DNA from: Camelus dromedarius
Taxonomy: Eukaryota
Direction: 5' to 3'
DNA: 64,000 nt
Assembly: GCF_036321535.1 (NCBI RefSeq)
Contig: NC_087436.1
Location: 89,096,001 to 89,160,000 of the forward strand
Shown: piece by piece, positions 23,891-38,704 of the stretch
How positions within the stretch are numbered: position 1 is the first letter of the stretch
Layout of the letters: every line of letters starts with the position of its first letter
Notes under the pieces: generated by a model
Seen by the model: only the letters and a program-made list of their open reading frames with translations
What the model was told of the DNA's origin: nothing
Database searches by the model: none
Translations under genes and position numbers: made by a program

Positions 23891-26800
23891 ATAATTAACT
23901 AGTTAACCAAATATTTCTGATTATTTGATGCCACTTCTAGAAATTATGTTTTTAAGAGAAGGTATTCAATTGTTCAGAGAAGGGAGGAGGTCATATTTTG
24001 GTAAGATCAGGTTACATTTTAATAAGACAGAGAAATGCTTCACTAGGCACTGAGAGACAACATACAGATCAAGGGTTACACTTAGGAGGCTGCTGAGTGG
24101 CAGTAATAGACTGGAGATTCCCTATTGACACTTAAGATTTCAAGAAATCTTCAGTCCAACCGTGAAAATTAGCAGTTGAGCTCATGTTCATTGCTGAACT
24201 CAAAGAGGTGTTGGCCTGAAACAGATCAGTAAGTTTGATTTTAACCTGGTTACATAAGACTTTCTGCATGTGATTTCTTTTCTCCTTCAAATTATAAACA
24301 ATTATCCTTTAGTAGTCTCTAGGTCCTCAGGGTGTTTTCATTAAAAAAGCTGAAACCCAACTCCTAGGATTCTAACCATATAATAGCATGGTGGCACCTG
24401 ACTGAATATGGTGGAAGGTTCAGGTTTCCTTTTATAGCCAGACTCAGTTCTTTTGTCGCATTTTCCAAATTACTTTTGACCTGCCCCAGAGCAGACAGCA
24501 GGGAGCAGTGTTCAGGATCCCGGCATTGTGAACTGGGTGGCCTGATTCTCTGTTAATCAGCTGCAGAACTCTGGACAGCTCCCATTTGATAGCACCCTTT
24601 GGCATCTCGTATCCAGAATTAGAGGATTGGGTTAGTGATTCTGCAGGTCCTCAATTAACCTTCAAATTCCTTGATTCTTCACGTAGGAACTGCTTTTTTT
24701 TTTTTTTTAAATTGTGTTTTACACTGCCATATAAAGTACTTTAGTAACATAGTCTAAAGCAACAGTCCCTACGAGGCTGAGAATCTATACTACGCAGAGG
24801 TTAAAAACTCTAGCTTTTGAATCAGAAAGACCTGGGCTCAAAACCTTTGGTGTTAATAAGCCAGTTATTTAAAGCTTCTGAGTGTTTGTTACTGCATCTA
24901 GAAGCTAGTGATACTTCTTTCTTCCTGGAGACGTTGTGAGGATAATATGAAATACGTAATACATTTGAAACACAATACCTGGTACAGAATTAGCCTACAG
25001 TTAAGCATTAATGCAATGGCACTTTTTATTTAGAAGAGAGAGAGTCCTTACGGCTCCCTCTGACCCTGTGTTTGCTCTCCGGTAAGACAGACATCACTTC
25101 CTGGTATTATGTGATGTCAGGCTGCACATTTCTGAGCCTCATTTTGGAATCAGAGTCCATCAGTCATTCTCAGCCATTCTCTGAATCTGAGCAGCTGACA
25201 GAATCGTCAGTGAGGTCATTATTTTTAGCTTTAGAACCGTTAGAAAGTCTGTAGGGGATTTTCATGGCATTTAACAAATTAGCAAAGGTCATCAAAACAA
25301 ACCCACTTACTGAATTCACTGGCTCAAAATCCTATCAAACCAGTGCTGTCATATTAAATTAAAGAACTTTCTACTGGCAGCATTTCCATTAAAAAATCAA
25401 GCAGAATTATGTTCAGATTTGCGTCATTGCTGCAGCTTTTTAAAGTCACAAATTTTGATGGCAAACCAACTCATCTATCTGTAACCTCCGCACCATGTAG
25501 TCATGCGATTCTTCCAGTCTAAAATTTCCTCACTTTTCTTCTCTGTCCATCCAAGTTTAAGTCCCATCTCCTTTAGGAGGCAATTCTTAAATTCTCTAAC
25601 CTCTGGTCTCAGGTCTGTTTTGCCCTTGATCCAGAACAGTGTGGTTTTGACTTTATTCAGCTCTTTACAAAGGCATTAAACATGACCATTAGGCTTTTCC
25701 ACTTTAATAGATGTCTTTAACACACTCAACTCTGCTCGGATGATTAACTGGCTTGTGGAGCAGCCATCAACCAGCATGACAGACTATACACACCACTGGC
25801 TCCTGACAAATAGTATACCATGAGCTCCTTGCTTTCCATATTGCCATAAGTAATGTTTTGGAAGAAATACTTTGGGGTCAGGTAATTGATCCATTTCTCT
25901 ACATGCCCTAAATGACACCTTTGAATCAAGCCAGACCACAGGATTGCTGGATCCTTCAGCAAAATCATTTTGGATCTAATAGAATTGCTGTACTGAATTG
26001 TACTTTTGTGTTATGCCAATTGGCCACAATTGATGGACTGTGTAAGAAAGGACCAGATAAAACTTGGAGCCCTATTTTTGAATACCTACAGAATTAGGCT
26101 TTGTTTTATGGACAATTTGAATCTTATAGATTGATTGGGTTTACTTGCTTTGGCCATTAGAGGATTTAGTGATAAATCTAGGGTCCATTTCTCTCAACTG
26201 TATGGAATATCCTAATATCAAGTTTTGCTTTATTGTTTTTCCACCCCTAGTTTCCCTCTGTCCTGGCCACCACGACTGCTTACCATAATCCTTTTGCACC
26301 CAAAGTACTTTTTGTGAAGTGCCTCACATCTTTTGTAGAATGAGGCAGAGATTAAAAATAAATTCTTGATCTATTCCTCTAGGGAATTACAGCAATTATA
26401 GCTTTCAGACCATTATTTTGCAATTATTTTCTGCCTTGTGTTCTTCTTTCATTGTTTTGTCTCCACAACTTGGTTTGAAGCCAAAGAATCCAGAGAATAT
26501 TCTTAAAAATTTCCCCTACATACAGGAAGCATAGCATGTGCTCACTGAATCTTTAAATCAGACTTCTGCAGGTCTGCTTCTAGGTAGCCAGTTGTGTGAT
26601 TTTGACCTCAGTGCCATTGAGACTTGCAGAATTTCACTCTCCTCATCTGTATCTGACAGAATTGGCCTAAATAATCTTCAGCGTCCTCTCTAGTTCTAAG
26701 ATTTTGTCACAAGTGCTTGTGCTCCCTAAAAGGACTTTGCCAGACATAGATATTTTAAGACAGATCTGACTTAATAAAGTACTCACAGATATGGCTATGA

Positions 26801-27764
26801 CCAGGTGACCTATTTATTGCAGAAGACGTCCATAAAAAGAAAGACTCTGTCCAAGGGAGACTTGCTCATTTTTCTATTAACAAAGAGGACACTTCCAGAC
26901 ACTTTGGTTTAGAATTTAACCTGGAAGAACAATTACAAGTGGGCAATAAAAATGACTCCGGAGGCAAAGGCCTTTTTGGTGCTGTAGTTTCACATCTAGC
27001 AAATGCTGATTCCGGTTCTTTTAGTACAAGGGAGCCAGTGGGATGCTGTAGATGGATCCAAAATTGAGATCTCATTTTAAGTCCAACACTGGTCATTAAT
27101 TAAACAATTGATTGCCCCTCCCTGTGTCCTTGATTTTTCATGAAAGAAAAGAAAAAAATTATCTGCCCATACCTGCAAGATGATTTGTGAGGGTCAAACA
27201 AGACAACGCTGAAAAACACCTTTCAATAAGTACAAAGTGCTATACAAATGTTGTGGATTATTGTGATAAGTTTCTGAGCATATGGCCGTGGATCAAGAAA
27301 GGACATCTGATGATGATTCAGTGGGTATTTTGAACTGCTTTTATGACTGAATGGGGTGATTTTGCAAAGTTAAGTGTTAAGATGGCTGAGGCAATTTTAG
27401 ACCCTTGATGTTCCCCAAATTTGAGAATGACTTAGCAACATATAACTCCCACCTCCCTTTCAAATACAACTTCAATGGAGTTGAGGACAAAGTCTTATCA
27501 AGATGTAGGCAACACAAGGTCTGGGTCCATGTCTGTTTGGTTCACTGCACATAAAAAGATCGAATCAAATATTTGTTGAATATATGGAGGAGAAGCTGGA
27601 TGAATGATGAGGTACCCTCCCTTTGGCTATGTGGTTTTCTCTTTTACTGTGTCTGTTCAGGCATAGGGTTCCAGGTTGTGTTTTAGAAGACTTACAAATA
27701 GTGAGACATGGACTTCTGAGATCACTTTGACAAGTCTGTGTTTGTTTGCTTGTTGTCAACTTGG

Positions 27765-28175
27765 CATCACCACCCCAACTATCATTGAAGAAAAACTGGA
27801 AACAATTTTCCCAGAATCTCCTTCCCTAGGTTAGAGTTTGCCAAACAGAGGCATTGGTACCAGATTTGGAAGATGGAGAAGGAGAGGCCAATATTTTGGG
27901 GGGGGGGGCAATTGCTGCCAGATGCATGGGCAGATGTGAGATTCACAGTGACTTGCTGGGTAATGGTGGGAGCTTCCAAGAGACCCCTGAGTATTGTAGC
28001 CCCTTCCCTGCTTGAGTGCTCCAGGCTGGAATTGCTGAGGTTGGTTTCTTTCACCTCTGCTTGCCAGCTTTTCCAATCTACATGTACGCTCCTTAGTTCC
28101 CTATATTAAAACCTTCCATATCTTGAATATCTTGAGCAACTCTTCTGTATTCTTAGCAGAAACTTGACTAGAAAC
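27765..28175 (+). mobile_element. Ancient ERVL LTR (LTR16/LTR33-like) remnant
   Basis: aattttcccagaatctccttcc...ttctgtattcttagcagaaacttgactagaaaca 3' end; subfamily uncertain. Confidence 0.45.
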
Positions 28176-30999
28176 AGAATCTCAAATGTTAAATTCGGAA
28201 ATGTTAAGGTTCAACTAAATGCATTTACTGTGCGTAGGGTTATAGCTAGCACTTTGGGGGAAAACCATAAGATTTTTTTAGAAAAGCCATTTACGTATCA
28301 TTTAGTAAACTATTGCTTTTCAGCACTCAGAAATACCTTTGAGATCCAAGAAAGTCAATCAACTTTTCCAAAGTGTCTTATTTTGTTTTCTTGGAAGAAC
28401 TTGGTTCAACAGGGCAAAATTTCCTATAGTGAAAAGACCTGATTTTAAACTCATATAGCCTGTAATTTAGTCTGGGCTCAGTCACTTCTTAATTCTGTGT
28501 ATTTGGCAAATTCATTTAAATTCTCGGGCTTGGTGACTGTGTCAGCATGATGGGAGCCATGCCAACTATCTTACTTTTCTTATAGGTTGTTATGGGACTC
28601 AAATGAAAATGTATGAAAACATTGTGTGTGTGTGTGTGTGTGATAACATAATATATATTATTATTCTCTAGACTCCTGTTCACATTTGGTCAAATGCAAA
28701 TAATAATGGAGATCGATAAAGAGTCAATAAAAGTGGCTTCCAGAGAACTGAAGCTTTCCTATTACTCCTGAGTGCAAATACTGTGGTGACTGTGTACACA
28801 CCCACCTCCAGGAGACTTAGTGCAGTGTGGACTGTCAACATACAGGGCAGTGGCCAAGAGAGGACATCATACTTCAGGACTAAGATTCCACGGGACTACA
28901 GTGGGAAGCCTCATCGTATCACTATAGGATAGTGCTCAGACTACACAGAATGGAGGTGTAAACTGCTCTCCACCCAGAAGGTCACTGCTGCACTCACATT
29001 TTGTTTTGAGGTAACCAGGCAGGGACACATCAAATAAGCTTCCCCAAGCCACTGAGATAACTTCTAATTCTACAGACTCACTGACAGTGATGCTATCCTG
29101 AAGTTACTGAATAACCATGGTTAGGATTTCACACATGTGATTTATTTAATTATTGCACTGAGTCAAGACAGGGCTCTGGACTGGAGCAAAAGGAGGAGAC
29201 GGGAGCCAGCAGTTCAGAATTGCTGAGTGTCTTGGTGGCGCTGAACAGATCTTTCAACACCTGTGCCCATGACGTGTAGACACACTCTGGCTTATCTTTC
29301 CTTGTGTAGCATTATTGGCTTTTCAAAACTTCCTGACCCGAAGCAGTGTGCTTATGTGTCTGCATCTGCTAAAGCACCTCTCCACCCCTCATTTTTCATC
29401 TATCAACACACCTGTCACAGCATATCACACTTCTGTGTTATATTTTATATTGGTGACTTTGTTTAGATTTTTTTCTATCTTCCTATAATTGCTTGTAAGG
29501 TACATCTGGGTAGAGACTGTTTTGCCTGGAACAGTTCATGACATACGATAAAGACTATAGAAATTGTGTGGGTGAATAAATGTCTGCATTATTAATCAAG
29601 TTTTTTTGTGTGTGACATTTTGCTTGATTCCCCAAACTCTTAGGTAGAGACTGTTAAACCAAAAAAGGAATATTTTTGGAAAATTTACCAATGGTTGGGC
29701 CCCTCTCTTTCCCCTCTTGACGAAATGAAAGCTCTATGTAGAATTGTATAGGGGCCACAGTTTTTCGAATGTAACAAACAAGGGAGATTTCCTTCCTGAG
29801 AGTTCGGGAGAGAGCCAGAATTCTTCGTTGGGCTACTTCCTTGTCTATAAGGCAGACGGAGCAAGCATCTGCATGGTGCTTCACAGAGTACACAAAAGGA
29901 TGCTGAAAAGTAGTCTGTCTAGCAGTGAGGTGCACAAGCATACGCTGAAACCAGTAGCTGTATTGAAGCTGCCAATGTCAGGGAGAGAGATGTGCCCACA
30001 GAGTCTTTTCAAGTCATCCCAAGTTAACCTAAAAGGAATTCTGTCTCTGGCCTGTGGACCTGACAAAAAAAGCACATTGGACATTACTGCTAAGTTAAAA
30101 TGGCAATAGAATGTTGCTGGTGAATGAACTAGTTTCTAATAATCTAAACCTCTTGAGAAGGGCATTCATGCGTCTGTACCAATGCGACTTTAGGAATGTG
30201 GCCTTTGAGGGACTCTGATAGAGTCATCTTGCCATCCTAGAGGCACTGACAGTGTCGGGAATGGGATGGGCACAATAAACACTTGTATGTGATGAAAGAA
30301 TCAGAAACCTCTGGGAACTTAGAAATAGACAAATAGAGCCAACACAAGGGAGATGAACAGTGGCTCCTGGCCCTCTGTCATCAGTCAGCTCAAGAGCAGA
30401 CAAGAGGCTTTGATTGGTTAGCGATGTACAGAATCAGCTTTTAAGGGGAAAGCCGAGAGAGGAGGGGAAAATGGTTAGAAACGGAGTGGGGAGAGTGATG
30501 ACGACACTGATGACAACAGCGGCAACAATCAGAGTGATGACAAATGTGACAAAACTGAAGAAAAGGAGCATTTACAACTGAGCAGGTAAGAATTCCGGAA
30601 GAGCGAATAGCTGATTGCCCTATACTTCGATGAGACTTGTGATCGCGTCTGTTGAGTAGTTGAAAAGAGCTAAGCCTGGTATCAGGCACTTTATATGCTG
30701 TCCTAATGAGATCTCGTAAGGATCTATGTATCTTCTATCCTGCCTCCATCCCTTGGCCCTCCATGATCCCCAAACCCTCCCTCTGTGCTGGTCCACATGG
30801 TCCAACATAAGCAAAATCCCCTCTATCCTTGGGATCCTGGTCTTCACCACTTGACTTCACCAAAATGTTGCTCTCTCTTACAAACGCAGCTCACTCAACA
30901 GCCCTCTCAAAGTACTGGGTGCTTTCCCTCCTCCCCTCCAGTATTGGATATGCAAACTGTGTTAAGTGACTATTCCTCATTGTCCCCTTCTAGACTATT

Positions 31000-32940
31000 C
31001 TCTCATCCTCCTTTCTAAAAAACTCCTTGAATCTCATGTTATTTTACAATTCTACCAATCAAAAATGAATTCTCCTACTTATTCTGTATGTTTAGCTGCT
31101 TTTCAGCTACATGCTCCTGTCTTAATTTTTTTTATGAATCCAATGTACATGGAGATTATTTTTCTATACACCAGGCTTTAAAGTCTTTGATCCCTTTTCT
31201 TGTAACAAGCATTTCTTCCATTTTATCTTGCCATTCACTTCCATCTCTAGACCTTGTTATGACCAATAACTGCATCACCACCACAAAGTCAGTTTCATAT
31301 ACCTTCCTCTCTGACCGTAACCTCCTATTTTCCCATCTCATTCTCTAATATCCTGACTCCAAAATTTTTTAACCCCATCAGACCCTATGGTCCATTAATT
31401 TAACCACAGTTAAGCTGTCCCTCGCGTCCTCATAACTGTTACTGTCTCCTGGCCTAGTTTAAATGTCACAGACAAGCATTATAATCACTGTCTTTTATAC
31501 ACCCTCCTTCTTCCCTAGCTCTCTTCCCAGCACTTGCAAGGGAAAAATCCCAATCATGGATAAATTCACTGTTGTACTTTCCCTAAACGTGAAGCCACCC
31601 TACTAAACACAGTGAAAGGAAAACAGAAACATGCTAGGTGGTCACACTTAATATCCTCAATGCTGCCAGTGAGCATGCCACATTCTCAGCCTACTCTGTT
31701 GTCCACTCTGGTAGATAATTATATCTTCTCCCCTCTTTTCAACCCCCCAGTACTCTCTCTCTCTTCAATCCCCTAATACATCCAGTTGATTACCTTGACT
31801 CCTGCTTCACTAAGAACATAGAGTTAATTAGAAGAAAATTTCCACAAGACATCACCATCGTAACTACTTATTTACCAGGGTTAGTGCCTTTTCTTATTAT
31901 AGTTGAACTGTCTGAGCTTTTTCTTACATCATAACAAGCTCTTTGCTTTTATACTGAGTCTTACCTCCTCCACCCCATTCAGTGACAACCCTCTTGCAAT
32001 ATTTCTTCCCCTCTTACACTGCCAATTTCCCTCTCTCCACTGGATTTCTCCCACTAGCATACAAACGTGATTTTATTGCTTCCATCTTAAAACAAAGAAA
32101 CAAAAGATTTCTCTCGATCATATGTTCTTCTCTGGCTATCACTCAAATTTTCTTTTCTCCTGAAAAGTAAAAGTAAAGGAGTTTGTTACACTTGCTGTAA
32201 CCACTTTCTCTTTTCCTATCCTCCTTGACATCTACCACATTTAGATTTTCACTCCCAGCACTCTGCGTTGCTAAATCCAATCATCCATTCTCAGTTCTTA
32301 GTTAACTTGTTCTATCATGTATATTTGACCCAGTCAAACACCTCTTTTTCTAAAATACTTTTTACCTTGGTTCCAGCCTACTCTTCTCTCTTAGGCTTCC
32401 TCCTATCTCAACGATCACCCCTTCAGTCTCCTTTGCTGATTTGACTCTGTCACTTACTTGGTGTAAATATGGAAAAATTAGGTGATGCCACTGTGACTCA
32501 GTTTCCTCATTGGTAAAATGAAAACAATAATGGTACCTAATGGTAGAGTCCTTGTTGCGACTAAATGCATTGTTATATGCAGTGTGTTGGCATAAAGTAA
32601 TTGTCATAGCTGTGTTTCTATCATCTCCCTTATCTCTAAGTATTAGTCTGGCCAAGGCAAAGCACTTGGACCTCTTCTCCAGTTATACTAACTACCTTGG
32701 TGAAGTCATCTAGATTCATGGGTTTAAATACATCTAGAAGCTCATGAATTGTAAAATTACATATCCAGGTAGGACCTCTACCCTGAACTCGAGACTTAGA
32801 CTTTCAACTGTAAACTTGATATCTCCACTTAGATGTCTAACAGACAATACAAATTTAAAATGTCTAAACACTTTTCTGGGCTCTACCTGAAGCTTTCCTC
32901 AATTCAGTTGATGGTAAGTCCATCCTTCTATTTTCTCAGA
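31000..32940 (+). mobile_element. Long decayed L2 remnant with a nested MIR (~32450-32610)
   Basis: ctagaccttgttatgaccaataactgca, ctctctgaccgtaacctcct, ttgctaaatccaat...tcagttctta...atttgacccagt and tatctccacttagatgtctaacag. MIR core ctcagtttcctcattggtaaaatg. Confidence 0.65.
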
Positions 32941-34865
32941 GGTTTCATTCAGAGAAGACCAATTTACGTATAAGAGTAGCTCTTTGCTGTCTAAGAAAGA
33001 ACTTTCCACTAAAGGACACTTCCTATGTGAATTCTGTTGGACTGATGTATAAGACTCAGAGCTGGTGTCCTGTGTCATCCATGTCATGTTTAAACCTTCT
33101 ACTGCAGTCATGTCCCCAGGTCCACTCAACATAATACTCACCTTGACCCGAGTGAGCTTGGCTTGCCGCAGGCGGTTGCTGTTTCCATAGTCTGAATTTC
33201 GGCAGATGCACACAGTATCTGAGACATACTCTCTCAGCACGCTGCGGCTTAGCTTCTGCTGCTTCTAACCTAGCACTTCTAGCTGTATTATTATTAGCAT
33301 TAGTGGTAAGAGTGTTCAGTTACTGTTATCATCCAATTGCTACTATTATTCAGCCCCAAATGGAACAAAAGATAGAATTTTTAATATTGCTAATGCATTA
33401 AATTCTCTTAAAAGTAAAAGTTTAAAAAGAGTAACTATGACCTGGTATCACAGTAGCAGAAGACTGCTGCCCCTTCCTAAACTTCATGCAATCTAGGGAG
33501 AAAATGTAGTTTTATTATAACTCTACACCCTGGTTAGGAAACTGTGAGAACTTAGCAAACTCAGGCTTGGTCCTTTGGTTATGCTACTAGATTCAAGGCT
33601 TGAAGTAAATCATCAGGAGGACAATAGGGGACGTATCATTTTGCATTTCTTGAGGGAGACACTTCCTAATACTTTCAATCTATGGTCATAAGGAAATTAT
33701 GTTAAATATCTTTCCTCTAAAGAGCAAGGTACTGTTTTGGCATATAAAACACGTACAAATTCAAAGAGGAAGAGACAGAATAATGGCAGCCACAGTGAGG
33801 ATAGGGGATTACATGTAAAAGCCTGTATAACTCAGTAACTGGATACTGTGTGGAAGCAGGTGACTTGAGAACCCATCAGCACAGCAGTCAGGATGGAGGA
33901 AGGTGACGAAGCAGCAGAAACTGAGGACCCGGACAATGGTTGAGACATTGAAACAAATGATTCGTGAAGAGTTATTACTGATCCCTAATGAAGAGACTAC
34001 ACTACTTAAAATGAGAACCATGACAGGAAAACACCTTTTTTGAGTTGCAAAAATATGCCTAATTGACTAGAGATGGATATTTCTTTTGCTGACGCATTAA
34101 TTTTGTAGAAAGAGGCTTTCATTACCCCACCAAGGAAGATACTCCCAAAGAGTAGCTCTTAAATTAAGGTCGTGGTAAGGATCATAGTGCAAGTTCTTAC
34201 ACCTCCCTTTGCCTCAGATGAAGCCAGAGCTTCAGCACATTGTGAAAAATGATCACGGTTATGACCCTGAATCATCAGAAGAGAACAAATGATTTTTAGG
34301 ATTCTCTACTGAGAAAGATTCACGTCAAAGTAGCTAACATAAAGTCTGGCAAAATTGAGTTCTTCAGAGTGACTTGTTAAACCCCAGGTCTCTAGATAGT
34401 GAAAGTCCACTAAAACCTCTTATTTGTGGACATGAAGTCAAGTAAAATCAAATAGAGTACTTGTCATTACTTTTCCCTTTGTTAAAATTAAATCCTTTCT
34501 AAGTACAAAATAGTCAACAAATATTATTTTTAATGTGGGCTTAAGAGTACTGATGACATACTACATCTGGGAATCGTTCATGTATTAAATAGTAAGTCAA
34601 GAATTTTACCCACCCAGGGCGCCAAACAGCATCTAAGTTTCAGAGTTCAGTGTTTGGGAATTCCTCAGGTCATCTGAAAATGACTTTTCTGCCTCACTTA
34701 ATTGAAAACCCAAAACTCTCTTGAATCAAGTGCTGAGCAACCAGTGTGACAAAGGCTAATTACTTAAATCTCAGTAGGAAGCAAGCAGGCTGGGAAAGCA
34801 GATTGAGTAGGAGCACAGGTGAGACAGGTTTTTGTTTGTTTGTTTGTTTCTTTTATTAATGTATT

Positions 34866-35026
34866 CCAGCTTCCCACTACTCAAAGTGTGGTCTATAGGC
34901 CAATAGCGCCAGCATCACCTGGTGACATGTTAGAAATGCAGACTCTCAGGCCCCAGACCAAGCTCATAAAACCAGAATGCATTTTAACAAGATCCTTGTA
35001 AGTGTGTGAATGTCTGACAAGCACTT
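34866..35026 (+). mobile_element. MER5-like hAT-Charlie element
   Basis: ctactcaaagtgtggtc...cagcatcacctgg...tgttagaaatgcagactctcaggcccca...cattttaacaagatcc. Confidence 0.8.
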
Positions 35027-36619
35027 CAGGGAGCCTATCAGACAAGGGATGGGTTCCCACGCTGACAGTTTTTAAGGTGAGAGCAGGCACCTATGGCTCT
35101 ACTCATTGAAATGTCTTGTCTGAGCGGTAGGTCTACATGACGTCAGTACTGAGAACACAACGTATTTGGGATCAATGCAGTCATCTAGTGGGAGCTCTGC
35201 TCTTTCACACCATCGAATGAGTACAGTCAGTGCCTACAGGACAGGGAGTGGGAAAGGGAAATGAACACAGAAATTCTTCTTATTTCATTTCTTATGGTTG
35301 AAAGTAATAGACCTTGCTCAGTTTCAGTTTGATGAAATTATTCCTGTAAAGCCTGTTGCTGTGTATTCATTCAAGAGTAAATTGTTAACTAGCTTTTTTT
35401 TAAACATGATAGATAATGTTACTAAAACAGCTGGTACCCCTGCCTCTCTTTCCAAAGTAGGAAACTCGATGTACCACAGCACCATAATACAAATTAATGT
35501 TTCATTGATTGCGTTCATATCAATATGTGCTACATATATTGAGGCTTTAAAATAGAGTAGCATTTTGTAACAACTTGACTTATTATTACATGGATTTCAA
35601 TATCTGATTGAAGCACTTAATTCCAATGAAAGGCAGGGTCTATTGGTCTATTTCTTTCAAGGTATGCACTTAAAAAAAAAAATGGAGCCTTCTGCCAGAG
35701 GGGATAAAGGAAAGAATAGTTTAAATTTTTTCCTTTGATCATTTCAGTGATTTTTTTTTCCTTTGAAAAGATGCTATTTTCTGTTCTTTGCTGTACTTTC
35801 TTCTCTCATTTCTGTGTTTCCATTCTGTTTCCCATTTAGAGAACTGGGTCTGTTAGAGGCGATGGTAAAAGAAAAAGAGAAAAGCAAAAATTTAAAGCAC
35901 AACAGCCTTAAAGCAGTGGCTGTCATACACGACCTCATATGGAAATCATTGAGGGGAGCATAAGAAGTGCTTGTGTAACATGAGTCCATCTTCTACAAAT
36001 TCTGATTTTATTCGTCTGAGTTGGGGTCATGGTATCAATATTAAAAAGATCTCTCTTTTAAAATCTTTGATCTTAAAGAGAAGAATGAAGCAATTTAAAC
36101 ATGGAAATTGACACAAATGGAAACTACATTTTCTATATTAACAGATGATTCTATATGGATGTGGTTCACAGAACCATCCAAGTCAAGACCTCTCAGGAGA
36201 ATATGTCCATTTCCAAGGTTATAGATGTTCATGCATCACAATTGTGACTAAGGAATGGACTTTGAAACTACAGCACCGTTACAGTCAGTCAAGCTTAACA
36301 CGATACTAAAATGATATGGGGAAGAGGATCAGTGTCCACTTAGAAAAGAGAGGGTTTCTGAACATTGTGGGATCTGTTGCAATTATAGAAGTGACTTGGT
36401 GAAATAATAGTTATTCTTAAATTGTATCAACATCCATTGGCAAGAATGTCAGAAAATAAATGCTCATGTAGGTACTGAATTGAGACTGAGTCAGAAGAGA
36501 GGAGAAGGACCTACTAAAATCTGCTTTGTTCTCAGGTGTCTGCTTTGCATTCAGATAGAGCATATCTCAAAACCACCCAACTCACACACAGCGGGGAAGC
36601 TGAAGAGGAGTTTTCTGAG

Positions 36620-36850
36620 GACGGTATAGAAGGAGAATAAATCCTGGATGCTTCAGTCAGATTGCTTGAGTTCAAATCTCTTGTGGACCACTACAGTCTT
36701 GTGACTTGAGCAAGTAACTACCTTGGTGCTTTGATTTCCTCTTCTGTAAAATGGAGTAGAACAAGAGGGTTTTAGTGAAGAGTCAATGGGAGGTTTCTCT
36801 TAAGTGCCTGGCCCATGACGTATAGTCAGTAAATATCAGCAATCATTATT
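36620..36850 (+). mobile_element. MIR SINE
   Basis: gagttcaaatc...tgtgacttgagcaagtaact...tttcctcttctgtaaaatgg...agtgcctggc...cagtaaatatcagc. Confidence 0.7.
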
Positions 36851-38219
36851 GTCAAGTTTGGATCCTAAGTGAACCAAAGCACTCACTTTAGAAGGGTGTT
36901 CAGTTTTAGAAGGCCAAAATTCCATTACAAATTGTGTCTTAAAGTATTTGGTTAATACCTAAAACCTTTAGGCAAAGTGATAAACTTTATTTTGACTTTC
37001 TCTTGGAAAGCTAGAGGGAAAATGGCCATCCATCAGAGAATCCAGAAGAGAAGAAACTTCAGAAATCTAATTCTGTAAGTCAGAGGTCTCCTCACCAATC
37101 TACACAGTCACTTATCCATGCATGGAAAATATACTATCTATAGGGTAGCAGCAAACAGCTATAAGGCTAACTTTATAGACAAGTTGATTGTGAAACGAAT
37201 TTTCATAAAAGGAACTCCAATCCCCCACTGGCTTTTATTTTTATAACTTTAAAAGATCAGAGACTTTTTGGAAAGACTATTTTTCCACAGTTTCAAGAAA
37301 GCAGCCTGGAATAAAGGAATACATTAATTCAGAGAAGATTCCCTTCTTCCCTACACCCACCCCTCTGCTCATCAAAAAAGCTACAGACACTAAAATTCAT
37401 TAACATTTCTATGAACATAAATGTGAAATACTCATTTTCATTAAGTAGTCTACTGAATATGGCAAAATCAAATTTATCTAAGGAGATAGCCAATGCTGCT
37501 AATTTCCTTGACAATGGGGACATAAAGCAAGGGAAGCCATGCATCATTCATGAAGTTCAATTTACTTCTGTTATTTTCAGTGTTTAGCATCCGTGAATAG
37601 AAAGTGTGCAGAATGTGGTAGGTGCTATTTTTAAATGATTTCAGATCAGAATGAATGATTTGGCCGGCAGCAATAAAGTAAGAATGATTCAAAGGCTTTG
37701 CTTTTAATTGTCCTATAGTTCATATTTTTCCTTGTGTTTATATGTTCATGTATTCATAACACTTTTAATGTTCTAATATCCTTCATAAATCAGGATCCCT
37801 TTATAACCAATGCTTTAGGCAAGCATATCAAGTAATTTACTGATGATGTAACTAAACTGAATAAACTCCCAGAGTTCTAGATTTTAGGGCTGAAAGAGAT
37901 ATTTAAGGTAGTATAATTAACAGCCCTGTTAGTGAGGAATATCTTTTACATTACAATTGGTAGGTGGCCATTTCCAATTAATTGAAGTGTCTCTGTGGGA
38001 TGCGAAGTCTTTCTTAAGGGGGTATTTTTTTCCTATGAATGGGCACGTCTGCTCATTGGATAGTATTTCTCTTCAATTCTGCATCTGCCTTCCTGCAACT
38101 TCTGCCACCTGTCTGCATGGTTGCAACTACATCACTAGCACTTGGCACACAGAGTGGCTTGTGGTCACCGTTTAAAAAATGCTATTTGAATTGAATGGGT
38201 TCAAAGCTAGCATTCTGGG

Positions 38220-38704
38220 CGTGATGGTCAATTTTATGTGCCAACTTGACTGGGCCACAGGTGCCCAGATATTTGGTCCAACATTATTCTGTGTGTTCCT
38301 GTGAGGGAGGTTTGGATGAGATTAACATTTGAATTGGTTTGACTGTCCTCCCTAGTGTGGATGGGCCTCATCCAAACAGTTGAAGGCCTCAGTTAAAACA
38401 AAAAGACTGACCCTCTGCAGAGTAAGACTTCCTTCTGCTTGACTATCTTTGCACTGGGACAATCAGCATCTTCCTGTTTTCAGACTCACATTGGAACACT
38501 GGCTCTCCCTGGGTCCCAAGCCTGCTGGCCTTCAGGCTGGAACTGTACCAGCAGCTCTCTAGTTTGCTGACTCACCCTGCGGATTTCAGGACATATCAGC
38601 TTCCATCACTGTATGAGCCAATTCCTTATAATAAATCTTATTCTCACTCTCCATGTATATATATCCCACTGGTTCTTTTTCTCTGGAGAATCCTAATTAA
38701 TGTA
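38220..38704 (+). mobile_element. MLT2 (ERVL) solo LTR, near full length
   Basis: gtgatggtcaattttatgtgccaacttgactgggccac...ggatgagattaacatttgaattgg...attccttataataaatct...tttctctggagaatcctaattaat. Confidence 0.88.

Noticed and set aside
30495..30558. C/D-box snoRNA-like pattern (GTGATGA...CTGA...GTGATGA...CTGA)
   Set aside because: C-to-D' spacing is only 5 nt, there is no terminal stem, and it lies antisense to the host transcript. A snoscan/Rfam hit would be needed.
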